Shown here: piece after piece, positions 38,763 to 52,067 of the stretch
How the letters are laid out: every line of letters begins with the position of its first letter
Numbering within the stretch: position 1 is the stretch's first letter
Source of the DNA: Candidatus Peregrinibacteria bacterium
GTDB taxonomy: Bacteria > Patescibacteriota > Gracilibacteria > UBA1369
Direction of reading: 5' to 3'
Assembly (NCBI GenBank): GCA_963708185.1
Contig: OY970195.1
Location: 832,001 to 896,000 of the forward strand
Length of the DNA stretch: 64,000 bases
Made by a program: the position numbers and the translations under genes
Notes under the pieces: generated by a model
Database searches by the model: none
The model's input: only the letters and a program-made list of their open reading frames with translations
What the model was told of the DNA's origin: nothing

Positions 38763-39304
38763 CGCTTACGCATTTCCACATCAAGGTCGGTCAGGCACTT
38801 GCACGTGCGGCGATGTCGCAAAAGATGGAAGACAAAGTCGCGGCCGACATGGAGGGTTTGTCCAATCTTCTGAAGGACAAGAATTTCAAACAACTTTTGC
38901 AGAGTGTCTGCTACCTGCCCCATGAAGATGCAAAAAAAGTGCTGACGAGCACTTTTCATGGCAAGATCAGCGACCTTACGCTGAACCTGATGGTGATGCT
39001 TGCCCATGACAAAGCGCTCAAATACCTCGGAAAAATCGCCGAGGTCTACAAGAAAACCTATCATGAAGCCAAAGGGATTACCGAGATCGTCATCCGAACG
39101 GCCCGTGAATTTTCTCCCCAGGAACAGCTGGCTTTCGTCCAGAAACTCCAGGCGAAAAAGAAGCAGACCGTCACCGTGAAATTCGAGGTCGATCCCGGAC
39201 TGGTCGCGGGCGCACAGATTTATGAAAAAAACTATCTTACCGACTACTCTGCAAAAAATTATTTAGAGACGCTTCAAAAACATCTTACCAGCCAAACATT
39301 TTGA
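38759..39304 (+). CDS. atpH: ATP synthase F1 subunit delta
   Basis: 181 aa, VDPGLVAG, position between atpF and atpA; divergent sequence. Confidence 0.9.
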   Translation: MTLTHFHIKVGQALARAAMSQKMEDKVAADMEGLSNLLKDKNFKQLLQSVCYLPHEDAKKVLTSTFHGKISDLTLNLMVMLAHDKALKYLGKIAEVYKKTYHEAKGITEIVIRTAREFSPQEQLAFVQKLQAKKKQTVTVKFEVDPGLVAGAQIYEKNYLTDYSAKNYLETLQKHLTSQTF

Positions 39305-39312
39305 TAGACGCT

Positions 39313-39391
39313 CACGGCGGTGGCAAAGCCACACGCTACGCTCTCGTCTCCTTGCCTTAAGGATCGACGTGCCGCCTCAGCGGCAGCCGTG
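39313..39391. other. Four-way-junction GC-rich element between atpH and atpA
   Basis: Closing stem CACGGC/GCCGTG encloses three hairpins. Confidence 0.55.
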
Positions 39392-39430
39392 CGCTCGGAT
39401 TACTACGCAAATAATTAATCATCTAAACCT

Positions 39431-40939
<1,509 letters not shown>

Positions 40940-40958
40940 TTTTTTCGTTTTTTTCACA

Positions 40959-41816
40959 ATGGCATCGCTCCGAGACATTAAAATCAGGATCAAATCCGTC
41001 CAGTCGACCAAAAAGATCACCAAGGCGATGGAAATGATTGCCGCGTCCAAAATGAAACGCGCTCAGATGGCTGCTCTTAAAGGCCGTCCGTACCTCCAAA
41101 AACTTGAAGAGGTTATTACCGATATCGTTACCTACAGTGATCCTCCGCTCAGCCATCCCTATTTGAAAGCGCGCAAGACGGTGAAAAACGTCGGCTATAT
41201 TTTCATGACCTCCAACCGTGGATTGTGTGGCGGCTTCAACGGCAACGTCATCCGCAAGATGTTCGAGATTCTCAAGGAAAACAATGAAACGAAGGAGATC
41301 GTCCTGACCGTCGGGAAAAAGGGACGTCAGGCCATGGAGCGTATCGGTAAATCCGTGCTCGCGGATTTCGAAGAGATGACGGATCGCCCTTCTTTCCTGG
41401 ATACGATCGGCATCAGCCGTGTCGTCATCGACGATTTCAAGAGCGGGAAACTTGACGAAGTGTATATGGTTTATAACCACTTTTTCTCCGCTTTAAGCCA
41501 AAGACCGGTCGTCAAAAAACTTCTGCCGATCGAACCGGGGGAACTTCATTCCGCCGGGATGAAACGCGATTATATCTTTGATCAGGACCGTGAAGTCGTT
41601 TTGGATGAACTGCTCAACCGTTATCTTGAAACGACGGTCTACCAGACGGTTCTTGAATCACTCGCCTCAGAACACAGCGCCCGCATGATGGCGATGCGCC
41701 AGGCTTCGGACAACGCCTCGGATATCATCACCAACCTTACGCTGCACTACAACAAAGCCCGCCAGGCCAAGATCACCAAGGAGATTCTTGAAGTCGTCTC
41801 GGGCTCAAACGCTTAG
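40959..41816 (+). CDS. atpG: ATP synthase F1 subunit gamma
   Basis: KITKAMEM, RGLCGGFN, SEHSARM, RQAKITKEI. Confidence 0.99.
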   Translation: MASLRDIKIRIKSVQSTKKITKAMEMIAASKMKRAQMAALKGRPYLQKLEEVITDIVTYSDPPLSHPYLKARKTVKNVGYIFMTSNRGLCGGFNGNVIRKMFEILKENNETKEIVLTVGKKGRQAMERIGKSVLADFEEMTDRPSFLDTIGISRVVIDDFKSGKLDEVYMVYNHFFSALSQRPVVKKLLPIEPGELHSAGMKRDYIFDQDREVVLDELLNRYLETTVYQTVLESLASEHSARMMAMRQASDNASDIITNLTLHYNKARQAKITKEILEVVSGSNA

Positions 41817-41838
41817 GCATTGTCTCGCTCACTATTAA

Positions 41839-43260
<1,422 letters not shown>

Positions 43261-43262
43261 TT

Positions 43263-43679
43263 ATGTTTCACTTAAGTATCGTTACAGCTGAAGGACCGCT
43301 CTACGAAGGCGACATAGAAATGCTCGTCGCCCCGTCCGTGGACGGCGAGGTCGGTATTCTGACCAACCATCATCCCCTGGTGACCAAGCTCGGTCCAGGC
43401 GGGATGCGCGTGGTCCATGCCGATAAAACGGAACAGCTTTTGTTCGTGAACGGAGGCTACCTGGAAGTACTCAACAACAAGGCGACGATTCTTGCCGATG
43501 CCGCGGAAAATATTGATGCGATCGAAGTGGAACAGGCCAAGGCCGCTCGTCAGAAGGCCGCTGAGAAGCTGAAACACGCCGCTGACGACGTAGACCGTGA
43601 AAAACTCGAACAGGAGCTGAGAGCCGAAATGATCCGTGAAAGACTGGCCGAGATCAACAAGTACAGGAAGAAGGGGTAG
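43263..43679 (+). CDS. atpC: ATP synthase F1 subunit epsilon
   Basis: GEVGILTNHHP, VNGGYLEV. Confidence 0.97.
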   Translation: MFHLSIVTAEGPLYEGDIEMLVAPSVDGEVGILTNHHPLVTKLGPGGMRVVHADKTEQLLFVNGGYLEVLNNKATILADAAENIDAIEVEQAKAARQKAAEKLKHAADDVDREKLEQELRAEMIRERLAEINKYRKKG

Positions 43680-43705
43680 GATGCTTGCGAAATCTTTTGA
43701 ATACC

Positions 43706-43737
43706 AAAAGCCCCCTCCATCCGGAGGGGGCTTTTTT
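43706..43737. terminator. Bidirectional intrinsic terminator
   Basis: AAAAGCCCCCTCC-ATCC-GGAGGGGGCTTTTTT between convergent genes. Confidence 0.9.
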
Positions 43738-43774
43738 GTCGTCTGCTGTCATGAATCAGGGCGGCGGGCGAGCA

Positions 43775-46700
43775 TCAATCGTCGTGTGCCATCGTTTCTT
43801 CACCGTCGTTTCCCGACTGCTTTGTCTGCAGGGCTTCCTTGACCTCTTCCATTTCCGACGCTCCGGCTTTGCGGTCGGTTTTTTTATCAATCAGGCCCGT
43901 AAGGTGGTTTGTCCGTGACAACATGGCTGAGACTTTTTCTATGCCCTGACGGTCAACCATTTCCTTCAAGTTTTTGGTCAGATCGGCGTTAAACTTTTCG
44001 ATAGCCTCTTTTTGCCCTTCATATTCACCCTTTCTTGTGGGGGGGATGATTTCCATGACCTTTTGGAACTCCTGATCCATGCCCAGCTGCGATGAGACGT
44101 CCCTGATGACGCCTCTGACTTCCTCAATAAATCCGCCGACGGTTTTCGCTCCGCTGATACCAGGTTTGCTGTTGTAGGTTGTTTCACTGAAGCGGAATCT
44201 GTTCGGATTGGCATGTTCATAACGTGTGGACGCCACGGCATCAAAAATGACGAACGATTTCATCATCTTTATGATGCGTCCGTAATGGGCGCTGATATTT
44301 TCGTCGACCTCTTTCATGTCGAACATCTTTTGCGTCCCAGGAGGCATTTTTCCAATGCGTTTTTTCTCCCTGAGCGATTTATCAAGGTTAAAGATTTCGC
44401 GTCTGATGAACTCATTCAGTCCGGCAAAAGCGTTCTTGATACCCGACGTTGATACCTGCTGACGGGCACCACCTGCAATTCTCGTGATCTGATCGATGGT
44501 CCCTTCATCAAGCATCTGGACGAACATATCCATATCGTCGTGATCCCAGGTACTGGGATCTCTCGCGGCTTTTTCGGCACGGACCGCGGCGTAAGGATCC
44601 CAGGCAATGGTATCACGGACGAAGTTCGTAAATTCTCCTATTTTTCCTTTCGGCCATTTTTTTTGCTTCCAGTAAACGTCGCTGGGGTTGCCCAGGTGAC
44701 CGGCTTCAAGTTTTCCGCTGGGGATGTCGGGAAGAATGTACTGATGAATCCAGCCTTTGAAGGTTCTCACATCAGGGCGTCCGGTTTCATACCCTCCAAT
44801 CGTTCCGTCGTCGTTTTCTTTTTTGGGGTCCCAGATGCGGTTGCCCTTTTCATCCAGACGGTACTGCAGCGGACTGATGAAGAAATCGATCAATGGCAAC
44901 GTATTGAGGTAGACACCCTCCAGCGCCGCGACGCGATCGATGTGGAGCAGGGTTTCTCCATGTGGGTTGGTTGCGCCGACGCCCATGATGAGGAAGAACA
45001 TTTTATCTTCAAAGGCCATCTTTCCAGCTTTCATGGCAAAATCCAGGTACTCCTCATACTGACAGGGATTGACGTGTTCCCCGTTAATAAAATTGTAAAG
45101 TAAACGTCTCAGTTCACCCGGAAGACCGTTTGGGTCATTTTCGAGACGGATCGCGTTATCTTCAAAGTTCTTCTTAATGCTGTTATACGCCGAGTCTCCG
45201 CTGTTGCGGAATTCGCGGAAGGTATCCTGCCCCCACCAGCCGTCGAGAATTTTCTCGATGTCTTCCAAGTAATGATCCGGCCTGATTTCCTCCCCGGAAA
45301 ACTTTTCGATTGCATGCCAGAAATGGTGATCGTCCCAGCGCATCTGGCCTTTTTTACACATTACCGTGATGGCGGCTTTGAGGGTATCTCTGTCCGGCGG
45401 TTCATGAAGTTCGTGCTTGATGTCTTCGATACCCTGAGTTTCCATCACATGGACATGGTGATTCACTTCCTCGTTTTCCGCGGCCTGGGCGATGGATTTG
45501 AATTCGGCGCCCAATGCGGTGCTGTAGTTGCCGAACATCATCCTTCCCGCTGCGCCGATACGGCCTTTTTGCCTTCTGCCCCAGCGACGTTTGATGAGCT
45601 CCCAGACGGTTTTGCCCATTTCGGTAAGGTCGGAGATGGAAAGAAAGTAGGTGTCGCGCCAGAGCTTGCGCATGGCACTCATCGGAACATGAGAATGCGG
45701 TTCCTCTTCCAGCAATACGGCGTTTCCCGGCTTTGCGATGATCCCTTTTTTGTCTTCCTCGATCTCATGTTCGGCTTTGGCTTTTTCTTTTTCGAATTCA
45801 GCCTCTTTCTTGAGCGGGTCTGCGATGTCGTCGGTGGCCTTGTGCGCTTCGGCTTCGGCTTCCTTTTTTTCGACTTCGTTGTCTTTGACCCAGCGCAGGA
45901 ATGCCGTGAAACTCATCATTGTTCCTCCTTCAAACTCGATTTTCTTGTCTTTTTCGTGGACCTTTTTGATGACGAACTCTTTTCCGATGTCATCGTCAAA
46001 ATAAAGCACTTCTCCGTCTTTGGCTTCCACAGGCGGATACTGCGCGCCGGAACGTTCATAAAATGTGTTTTGCTTTTCATTGAAAGCGTGAAGTTCGTGA
46101 CGGAGTTTTTCCAGATTCTCGACCTCCTTCATGACCTCGTTTTGCTTGAACCACTTTGCGAACTCGTCAAAATTGAACTCCTTTTTGAGGCCCTTTGAGG
46201 TTTTGACGTCTTTATCAAGGACGACCCTGTGATTGTCCTTGTCGAGTTTCTTGATCTCGACTTTTTCGTCTTTGTTGACCTCTTTGTCGGTCCCCTTGTT
46301 TTCAGTGATATGGTACTCCAGAACGCCTCCTTCCCTGAGCTCTTCCCCGATGCTTTTGGAGAGTTTGTCGTAGGAGTCGATGTCTTCCAGGACGTCGTAG
46401 TCGTCGGTCCATTCATAGAAGTCGTTTGTGGAGAATTTATCTTCTTCGATCCTGCCGGTATATGGATTGATCGATTCCACCGTCACGACCGGATTATTGG
46501 TTTTTACCTTCCCCACGACATTCCCTTCTTCGTCCTCAACATTGATTTCCTCGAATTTGACGTCCTTGATGACGGCTCGGTGGACTTTGGGTTCCTTCTG
46601 GTCTTTGTCTTTTTCGTTATCCTTGTAATTGAGTGCCTGGCCTGTTTTCACGTTGAGACCTGTGGCCTTTTCAAGTTCAATGAGCGCCCGGCGCTGGCGG

Positions 46701-47443
46701 GCTTTGTCGAGGAGCTTGTCGCCCACTTTGTTGAGAATTTCCCGCTGCTCGTGCATGGCCTTTTTCATGCGCTTGTCGAGCGCTTTGACCTTCTCTCCTT
46801 CTTCGCGTTTAAGACGGAGGAGTTTGATGACCTCGGGAGAATCTTTCTCCAGCCCCGGAATTTTCTTGACGGCTTTGTTCCATTTCTTTTCAAAATCGTC
46901 ATCACCGGGATCCAGTTCGAGAAGTTTTCTGGCCTGCTTCTTGGTGATCTTTTTGGTGGTGACGAGTTCGGTCAAATAGTCCTTGACCGGCTTCTGGGCT
47001 TTGGCATCTTCCTTGTCGATGCGCTGAAACTCTTTATTGATGTCCTTGAGTTTTTCCGCATCGGCTTCGAACTCTTTTTTCTCGCTTTTCTCGACTTCTT
47101 TCTGGACCTTTTCGGATTTTTCCACGGCGGCACGGGCCATTTCGCTGATCCTTTTCTTCGTGAAGTCGACGTTTCCGCCTTCTTCGCTTGCGCCTTCGGC
47201 TTTTTCTTTTTTCTTTTTGTCCTTCTCCTTTTCTTCGTTCGTCTTTTTCTCCTTCTCTTCCTGTTCTTTCTTTTTTTCCTCTTCCTCTCTTTTCTTTTCA
47301 TCATCGCTTTTTTCCGGGTTCTGGGAACCGCCGCCGCTTGATCCGGTAGCGAACACAAAACGTGCTGAGGCAAAAAGAGGCCGTCCTGCATCCTGTGTAG
47401 TTTTTAAATTAGCCAGGTTGTTGAGATAAGCATGTGTCAGCAT
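43775..47443 (-). CDS. Large K/E-rich hypothetical protein with internal repeats
   Basis: 1222-aa ORF; three repeats ending FxxW (FYEW, FAKW, FLRW); no classical signal peptide. Confidence 0.8.
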   Translation of the reverse strand: MLTHAYLNNLANLKTTQDAGRPLFASARFVFATGSSGGGSQNPEKSDDEKKREEEEKKKEQEEKEKKTNEEKEKDKKKKEKAEGASEEGGNVDFTKKRISEMARAAVEKSEKVQKEVEKSEKKEFEADAEKLKDINKEFQRIDKEDAKAQKPVKDYLTELVTTKKITKKQARKLLELDPGDDDFEKKWNKAVKKIPGLEKDSPEVIKLLRLKREEGEKVKALDKRMKKAMHEQREILNKVGDKLLDKARQRRALIELEKATGLNVKTGQALNYKDNEKDKDQKEPKVHRAVIKDVKFEEINVEDEEGNVVGKVKTNNPVVTVESINPYTGRIEEDKFSTNDFYEWTDDYDVLEDIDSYDKLSKSIGEELREGGVLEYHITENKGTDKEVNKDEKVEIKKLDKDNHRVVLDKDVKTSKGLKKEFNFDEFAKWFKQNEVMKEVENLEKLRHELHAFNEKQNTFYERSGAQYPPVEAKDGEVLYFDDDIGKEFVIKKVHEKDKKIEFEGGTMMSFTAFLRWVKDNEVEKKEAEAEAHKATDDIADPLKKEAEFEKEKAKAEHEIEEDKKGIIAKPGNAVLLEEEPHSHVPMSAMRKLWRDTYFLSISDLTEMGKTVWELIKRRWGRRQKGRIGAAGRMMFGNYSTALGAEFKSIAQAAENEEVNHHVHVMETQGIEDIKHELHEPPDRDTLKAAITVMCKKGQMRWDDHHFWHAIEKFSGEEIRPDHYLEDIEKILDGWWGQDTFREFRNSGDSAYNSIKKNFEDNAIRLENDPNGLPGELRRLLYNFINGEHVNPCQYEEYLDFAMKAGKMAFEDKMFFLIMGVGATNPHGETLLHIDRVAALEGVYLNTLPLIDFFISPLQYRLDEKGNRIWDPKKENDDGTIGGYETGRPDVRTFKGWIHQYILPDIPSGKLEAGHLGNPSDVYWKQKKWPKGKIGEFTNFVRDTIAWDPYAAVRAEKAARDPSTWDHDDMDMFVQMLDEGTIDQITRIAGGARQQVSTSGIKNAFAGLNEFIRREIFNLDKSLREKKRIGKMPPGTQKMFDMKEVDENISAHYGRIIKMMKSFVIFDAVASTRYEHANPNRFRFSETTYNSKPGISGAKTVGGFIEEVRGVIRDVSSQLGMDQEFQKVMEIIPPTRKGEYEGQKEAIEKFNADLTKNLKEMVDRQGIEKVSAMLSRTNHLTGLIDKKTDRKAGASEMEEVKEALQTKQSGNDGEETMAHDD

Positions 47444-47627
47444 AGTGATCCTTGTAAAGGGATGTATGTGTCCCTGCGGCGAGCATGCTGCGCGTATGCA
47501 TGAACAAGCATGGGTTGCTTTGGGACGTTTATGGCCTTATGGCGGCCATTTGACCATTGCTTTGATTTTCTGGTTGTTCTTTTCGGATTGTCTGATGAGA
47601 AGTGAAACCTGCAGTGTTCTCGCGCTG

Positions 47628-47655
47628 ATTTTATCATTATTTTAATTTTTGTCAA
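47628..47655 (-). promoter_or_regulatory. Sigma70 promoter of the 1222-aa gene
   Basis: TTGACA-N16-TAAAAT with TG extension. Confidence 0.65.
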
Positions 47656-47671
47656 TATTTCAGGCTTTCCG

Positions 47672-50242
47672 TTATTTCTTTTTCTGGACCCACTTGGTGC
47701 CGTCCCAATCCCAGAGCGAGACGCCATCCTCACCCTTCACGTCGGTAACTTTGCCTTGAGGAACATAGGCGGGTTCTTTGGGGGTCGGCGGTGGGCCGCC
47801 GGCGGCTTTGGCTTCAACCTTTGATAGCATGCTGTTTTTTCCGCCATCTGGCGCAGCGGTCATAAGATCTTCCTTCTGCTTGGCGTTCATATGCTGACCA
47901 GCGGCCGTGAGGACTTGCTGTTCGGCTTTCTTGTATGCGTCACCACCTTTTTCGGCGTCGGTAATTTCCGAATAACTTTTCTTCCCCATGGCATTAGCGA
48001 TCTGCTGCTGCAGTTTTCCTTCCACGGTCTGGAAATCCTGTTGTCCCACTTTTCCAGCGGTAGCGTTTTTGATCGTGACACTGATGTCGGCTTCGTTCCC
48101 CTGTTTGTGCTGTTCAGCTTTTTCATAATCATCGACTTTCTTTGCTATGGCAGCGACTTCCTCGCGTGCTTTTTTCTTATCTTCTTCGGAAGCTTTGGAA
48201 TTCGGAGCCAGAGTTTTTTCGTCTTTGGCAAGCTTCTTTTGATCATCGGCAGTGATGACTTTTTTATCCACCATATCTTTCTGTTTCTTTTTGTCGGTCA
48301 TCAGTGCATGTTCTTCGGGTTTCAAGCCTCCCAATAATGCAGCTTCCTGAGCGGTCGCCGGCTTTGCTCCTCCAATACCCAGAGACGGCTGAATGCCCAT
48401 CGCCAGGTAAAGCTTGTTCATTTCATCGTCGGATACCTTTCCGTGATTCAAATCGTCGATGAATTTCTGGTAGTTGCCGTTGTATCCGGTTTTTAAAAGG
48501 TATGCTTTGAGAGCTGCATTGTCTTTTGGATTTTTGTGGAAGTATTGCGCGAGGCCTGTCTGGAACTGAGGGCTGCTCCATTGGGCACGGTTGACGTTGC
48601 CGAGTTCCTTCTTCAAGTCTCCCATATTTTTGGCGCTTGCCATTTTCAGGCCTGCCGCACCCTGGAAAAGTTCCGGGAACTCTTCGGCTGCCTGTGCCTG
48701 GAACGTCTGTTGGGCTTTCATCTGGACCTGCTGCATGGCAGCCTGCATTTCTCCAAGATTCACCGCCTTGCCGCCCTTGGTGACCGGGAAGAGCGGGATG
48801 CTCTTTACGGCAAAACCGGCGATACCCTTGCTGGCGCTTGATACGGAATTTTTGATGGATTCGGTAATGCCCTTGGCATAGGTCTTGTCCATCGCCGCAA
48901 AGACACCGACCCAGATAAAGACGGTGGCGCCGACGGCGACGATAAGCTGCTGGAGCGTTGAAACTCCAGAGGTTAACAGACCAATGTTCAGGGTCGGATT
49001 ACTGATCAATGTGTTGACGGTCGTCGTTGCCGACTCGAGATTCTGGGATTTCAATCCCTGAAGCATGATGAATCCGATTGACATGACGAGTGCGACCGGA
49101 ATTGGAACAATGGCGTTCTGGACAAACTTATTCATAATGTCACCAGCCTCTCCGAGCGAATCTTTGATGGCTGGGACCACGAACGGCAAAACCATAAGCG
49201 GGGAAACCGCGATGAGTACCCACAGTACGACAAGACGAATGAGCAGCGTTGCGAAAAGGGCAACGAATGCCGCTCCATAAACGACGTACAGAATGATGCT
49301 GAAAATGAAGTTTACGGAAAGCTGACCCAACGTTGTATTTTGTGAGTTCACCGTCACTTTATCCAGCCCGTCGGCCTGCTGGAGGGTCAGAGCCATGATC
49401 AGTGCGGCGTTGTTGGCGTTCATGCTGTTGAAGAACGTCACCAGTTTATTATTGAGATATCCGGTATTGGCATCGTCGGTTGTCGTACAGAAGGTCAGTC
49501 CGGCTGTAGAGGTGGTTTGTGACTGGTCGCCACTCTGTCCCGAAGGAGGATTGCCGTTGACGGCTATGTTGTAGTCGTCGGTTCCCGGGTCCGCTCCATA
49601 AATGGCCGCGCACATGCTTTTGATCTGGTCTTTCGTCAAGATACCGACCTGTCCTGAACTTGAACCGCCCGTCGAAGCATTCGGACAACCGGCGGCACTG
49701 GGATTCAGGCTACACTGAACCTGGTTGGGAAGCGCGAAAATCGCCGTCGAAACGATGTTGACGCCGTCCAGCACGACCTTGGAAGCAAGGAAAGTGAAGT
49801 TCACGGCAATGAGGGCGATGACGAACTTGGGGAGGATGGTTTTGATGTGATAGTTTTCTCCGGCGCCAAGGACGTTATACAGAGCAATACCAAGAAGGAT
49901 TAAGACGAAAAGGATGTTGACGATGTTGCGGACGTTAACCCAGATTTCGTTGAGGCGCTGTTCCATTCCCGCCCCAAACAGAATGTCGTTCTGCATCAAT
50001 CCGCCGATCATCAAGAGGATCGGCCAGAAAATGTGCTTCAGCACCCCCATAATACTGCTCAGTCCCGTCATCAGGCTTCTGAGTACATCCTGTGAGCTCG
50101 GTGCGGGCGGCGGCGTTGCAGGATCCGCTGCATGCACGACGTGGGGAATGAAGATGATGGACAGTGCCAACAACGTCAGCATTGCGCCGAACAGGACAAG
50201 TGTCCTGTGTCTTTTCCAGAAATGTTGGAGTGTAGTAACCAT
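47672..50242 (-). CDS. VirB6/TrbL-like polytopic membrane protein
   Basis: WVNVRNIVNILFVLILLGIA...LPKFVIALIAVNF and LLIRLVVLWVLIAVSPL patterns; long K/A-rich tail; ATG at 50242 chosen as the start. Confidence 0.7.
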   Translation of the reverse strand: MVTTLQHFWKRHRTLVLFGAMLTLLALSIIFIPHVVHAADPATPPPAPSSQDVLRSLMTGLSSIMGVLKHIFWPILLMIGGLMQNDILFGAGMEQRLNEIWVNVRNIVNILFVLILLGIALYNVLGAGENYHIKTILPKFVIALIAVNFTFLASKVVLDGVNIVSTAIFALPNQVQCSLNPSAAGCPNASTGGSSSGQVGILTKDQIKSMCAAIYGADPGTDDYNIAVNGNPPSGQSGDQSQTTSTAGLTFCTTTDDANTGYLNNKLVTFFNSMNANNAALIMALTLQQADGLDKVTVNSQNTTLGQLSVNFIFSIILYVVYGAAFVALFATLLIRLVVLWVLIAVSPLMVLPFVVPAIKDSLGEAGDIMNKFVQNAIVPIPVALVMSIGFIMLQGLKSQNLESATTTVNTLISNPTLNIGLLTSGVSTLQQLIVAVGATVFIWVGVFAAMDKTYAKGITESIKNSVSSASKGIAGFAVKSIPLFPVTKGGKAVNLGEMQAAMQQVQMKAQQTFQAQAAEEFPELFQGAAGLKMASAKNMGDLKKELGNVNRAQWSSPQFQTGLAQYFHKNPKDNAALKAYLLKTGYNGNYQKFIDDLNHGKVSDDEMNKLYLAMGIQPSLGIGGAKPATAQEAALLGGLKPEEHALMTDKKKQKDMVDKKVITADDQKKLAKDEKTLAPNSKASEEDKKKAREEVAAIAKKVDDYEKAEQHKQGNEADISVTIKNATAGKVGQQDFQTVEGKLQQQIANAMGKKSYSEITDAEKGGDAYKKAEQQVLTAAGQHMNAKQKEDLMTAAPDGGKNSMLSKVEAKAAGGPPPTPKEPAYVPQGKVTDVKGEDGVSLWDWDGTKWVQKKK

Positions 50243-50327
50243 AAGTGTGTGTTTATTTTTTATTTTTAGGCGAATGCTGGTGCGGCTGTTCATGTTGTTG
50301 TGCGCGCCGCCGCGCGGAGTTTGATTG

Positions 50328-52064
50328 TTATCCAAAAAAATGAGGAAGATACTGGGTCAAGGCAATCATGAACGTATGGACCATGTGCCATGCAGTGTTG
50401 GGCGATGACGCTGGTGTATTGGCCACGGACCCCAGCCACCAACCGCTGCCGATGGCCGTACCGATGCCCAATGCATGGCCCACGGCGACTTTCGCCAGAG
50501 GATTTCCTTTTTTTTGAGGAGGAGGCGGCGGAGCAAGGGTTTCTTCGTTGACTCTTCCGGGGGCAAGCGGCGGCGCACTGGCACCCGCCTGACCCTGCTG
50601 TCCCTCTTCTTCGGCCTGTTTCTGCGCTTTGAGTTTGCTCTTTGCTTCCATGACGCTTTTGGCCGGGATGCCGGGGACCGGACGGGTCTTTATTTTGTAC
50701 CCGATACCGCGTTCTTTTTCTTTTCCTCCCTGTGCCTTCGGCATTTCCGGAGCTTTACCTTCGGTGGGTAATTTGAGCGGTGCCCCGCCTTCAAGACCTG
50801 TTTTTAATCCGCCGGGAAGGCCCGTCGGTATTTTCCCGGGAACCTGTCCCGGAGGAAGTTTGAAAGGAACTCCCTGACCCTGCGGGCCGGGAAGTTCCAC
50901 CTTGGGAACCGGCTGAGGTTTTTGCGGGGCTTTTTGGGGATAGGCGTCGCTTTGGATGCCGAGTTTTCTGCACAGGTCGATGTCGTCGTAGAGTTCGCGC
51001 GCGGTGCGTTTGCTTCCGTCGGCTTTGGTGAAAGCCTCGTGGAGTTTCGTTTCTTCAACGGCGAAGCTTTTTCCGGCAGCCGCGCCCGTCTGGAAGGTAA
51101 AATTCAACTTGAGATCCTGGTCGAAAGGCACGCGTGTATCCGCCGAAACCAGCAAATTGTCCGTTCCGGATTTTACTTTGACCATGGCATGTCCGTTCGT
51201 GTCGAACTGGACTTCCCCCGTCACCTGGAACCCTTCTTTCTGAAGCAGGTTGGTGATGGCCGTTCCGCGTTTTTGCTGGAAACTTTTGGTAAGTTCTTCA
51301 TTTGAACTGACCTGGTCGGGGATACCCGCCGTAGCTTCAGGCATATATTTGCTCGCGCCGGAGACTGTCTGCGGGCTTGAGGCTCCCTGACCGATGCTCT
51401 GGAGAGTTTGCATGGAAGGTATGGCGAAACCGCCCTTGAGCAGTTCGGCCATTTCCTGTGGAGGAGGAGGCAGGAACTGGACTTCGGTCTGGCCCGTTTT
51501 GAGTTCCGTGGCGCGAATGTATTTGTTGAACTCTCCGGTCGCCGGATCTTTGACAAGCATGAGCATTCCTTTTTCCAGGAGTTCACGGTCCTTTTTGGCT
51601 TCTTCGGTTTTGCCGGCGGCCTCTTTGGCCAGAATGAGGTTGTTGATCTGATCTTTTTCAAAATGTTCCGCGATGTGATAGCTCATCAAAAAGAGATTGC
51701 GTTTGACGTCGGCCGGCCAGGTGACTTCCTTGACCGGTCCTTCGGATTTTTGGTTGACCACCGGCAAAAAAGCGCGGATGCGGTCCGCCGGCTTCGCGCC
51801 GCGGCTGGCCATATAATCGACAAAATAGTTCAAAAAAATTTCTCGTTCTTTCTGTTCCTCTTCTCCCACGAACGGTACTCCCTCGTTCTTACGAACGGGA
51901 TTGAAATAGTAGTCCATCAGATTTTTCTTCTCGATGGCTTCGAGCGTTCCATTGATGAAAAGCTTGTCGAGATAGTCTTTTTTGCGCTGCGCGGTATCGG
52001 TCAGCATCTCCTCGAGAAGAGGCATTAAATGGAAATTGATGAATTGTGGTCCGAACTGCTGCAT
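50328..52064 (-). CDS. Hypothetical protein with Pro/Gly-rich linker and C-terminal Gly-rich hydrophobic segment
   Basis: 578 aa; C-terminal VAVGHALGIGTAIGSGWWLG. Confidence 0.8.
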   Translation of the reverse strand: MQQFGPQFINFHLMPLLEEMLTDTAQRKKDYLDKLFINGTLEAIEKKNLMDYYFNPVRKNEGVPFVGEEEQKEREIFLNYFVDYMASRGAKPADRIRAFLPVVNQKSEGPVKEVTWPADVKRNLFLMSYHIAEHFEKDQINNLILAKEAAGKTEEAKKDRELLEKGMLMLVKDPATGEFNKYIRATELKTGQTEVQFLPPPPQEMAELLKGGFAIPSMQTLQSIGQGASSPQTVSGASKYMPEATAGIPDQVSSNEELTKSFQQKRGTAITNLLQKEGFQVTGEVQFDTNGHAMVKVKSGTDNLLVSADTRVPFDQDLKLNFTFQTGAAAGKSFAVEETKLHEAFTKADGSKRTARELYDDIDLCRKLGIQSDAYPQKAPQKPQPVPKVELPGPQGQGVPFKLPPGQVPGKIPTGLPGGLKTGLEGGAPLKLPTEGKAPEMPKAQGGKEKERGIGYKIKTRPVPGIPAKSVMEAKSKLKAQKQAEEEGQQGQAGASAPPLAPGRVNEETLAPPPPPQKKGNPLAKVAVGHALGIGTAIGSGWWLGSVANTPASSPNTAWHMVHTFMIALTQYLPHFFG

Positions 52065-52067
52065 AGT

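Noticed and set aside
38759-39304. UGA recoding (genetic code 25)
   Set aside because: TGA ends atpF and atpH at normal lengths, and long genes contain no in-frame TGA.
47565-47612. Hammerhead ribozyme core CTGATGA-GAAGT-GAAAC
   Set aside because: Stem II is at most one G-U pair, stems I and III do not form properly, and the motif is antisense to the local transcript.
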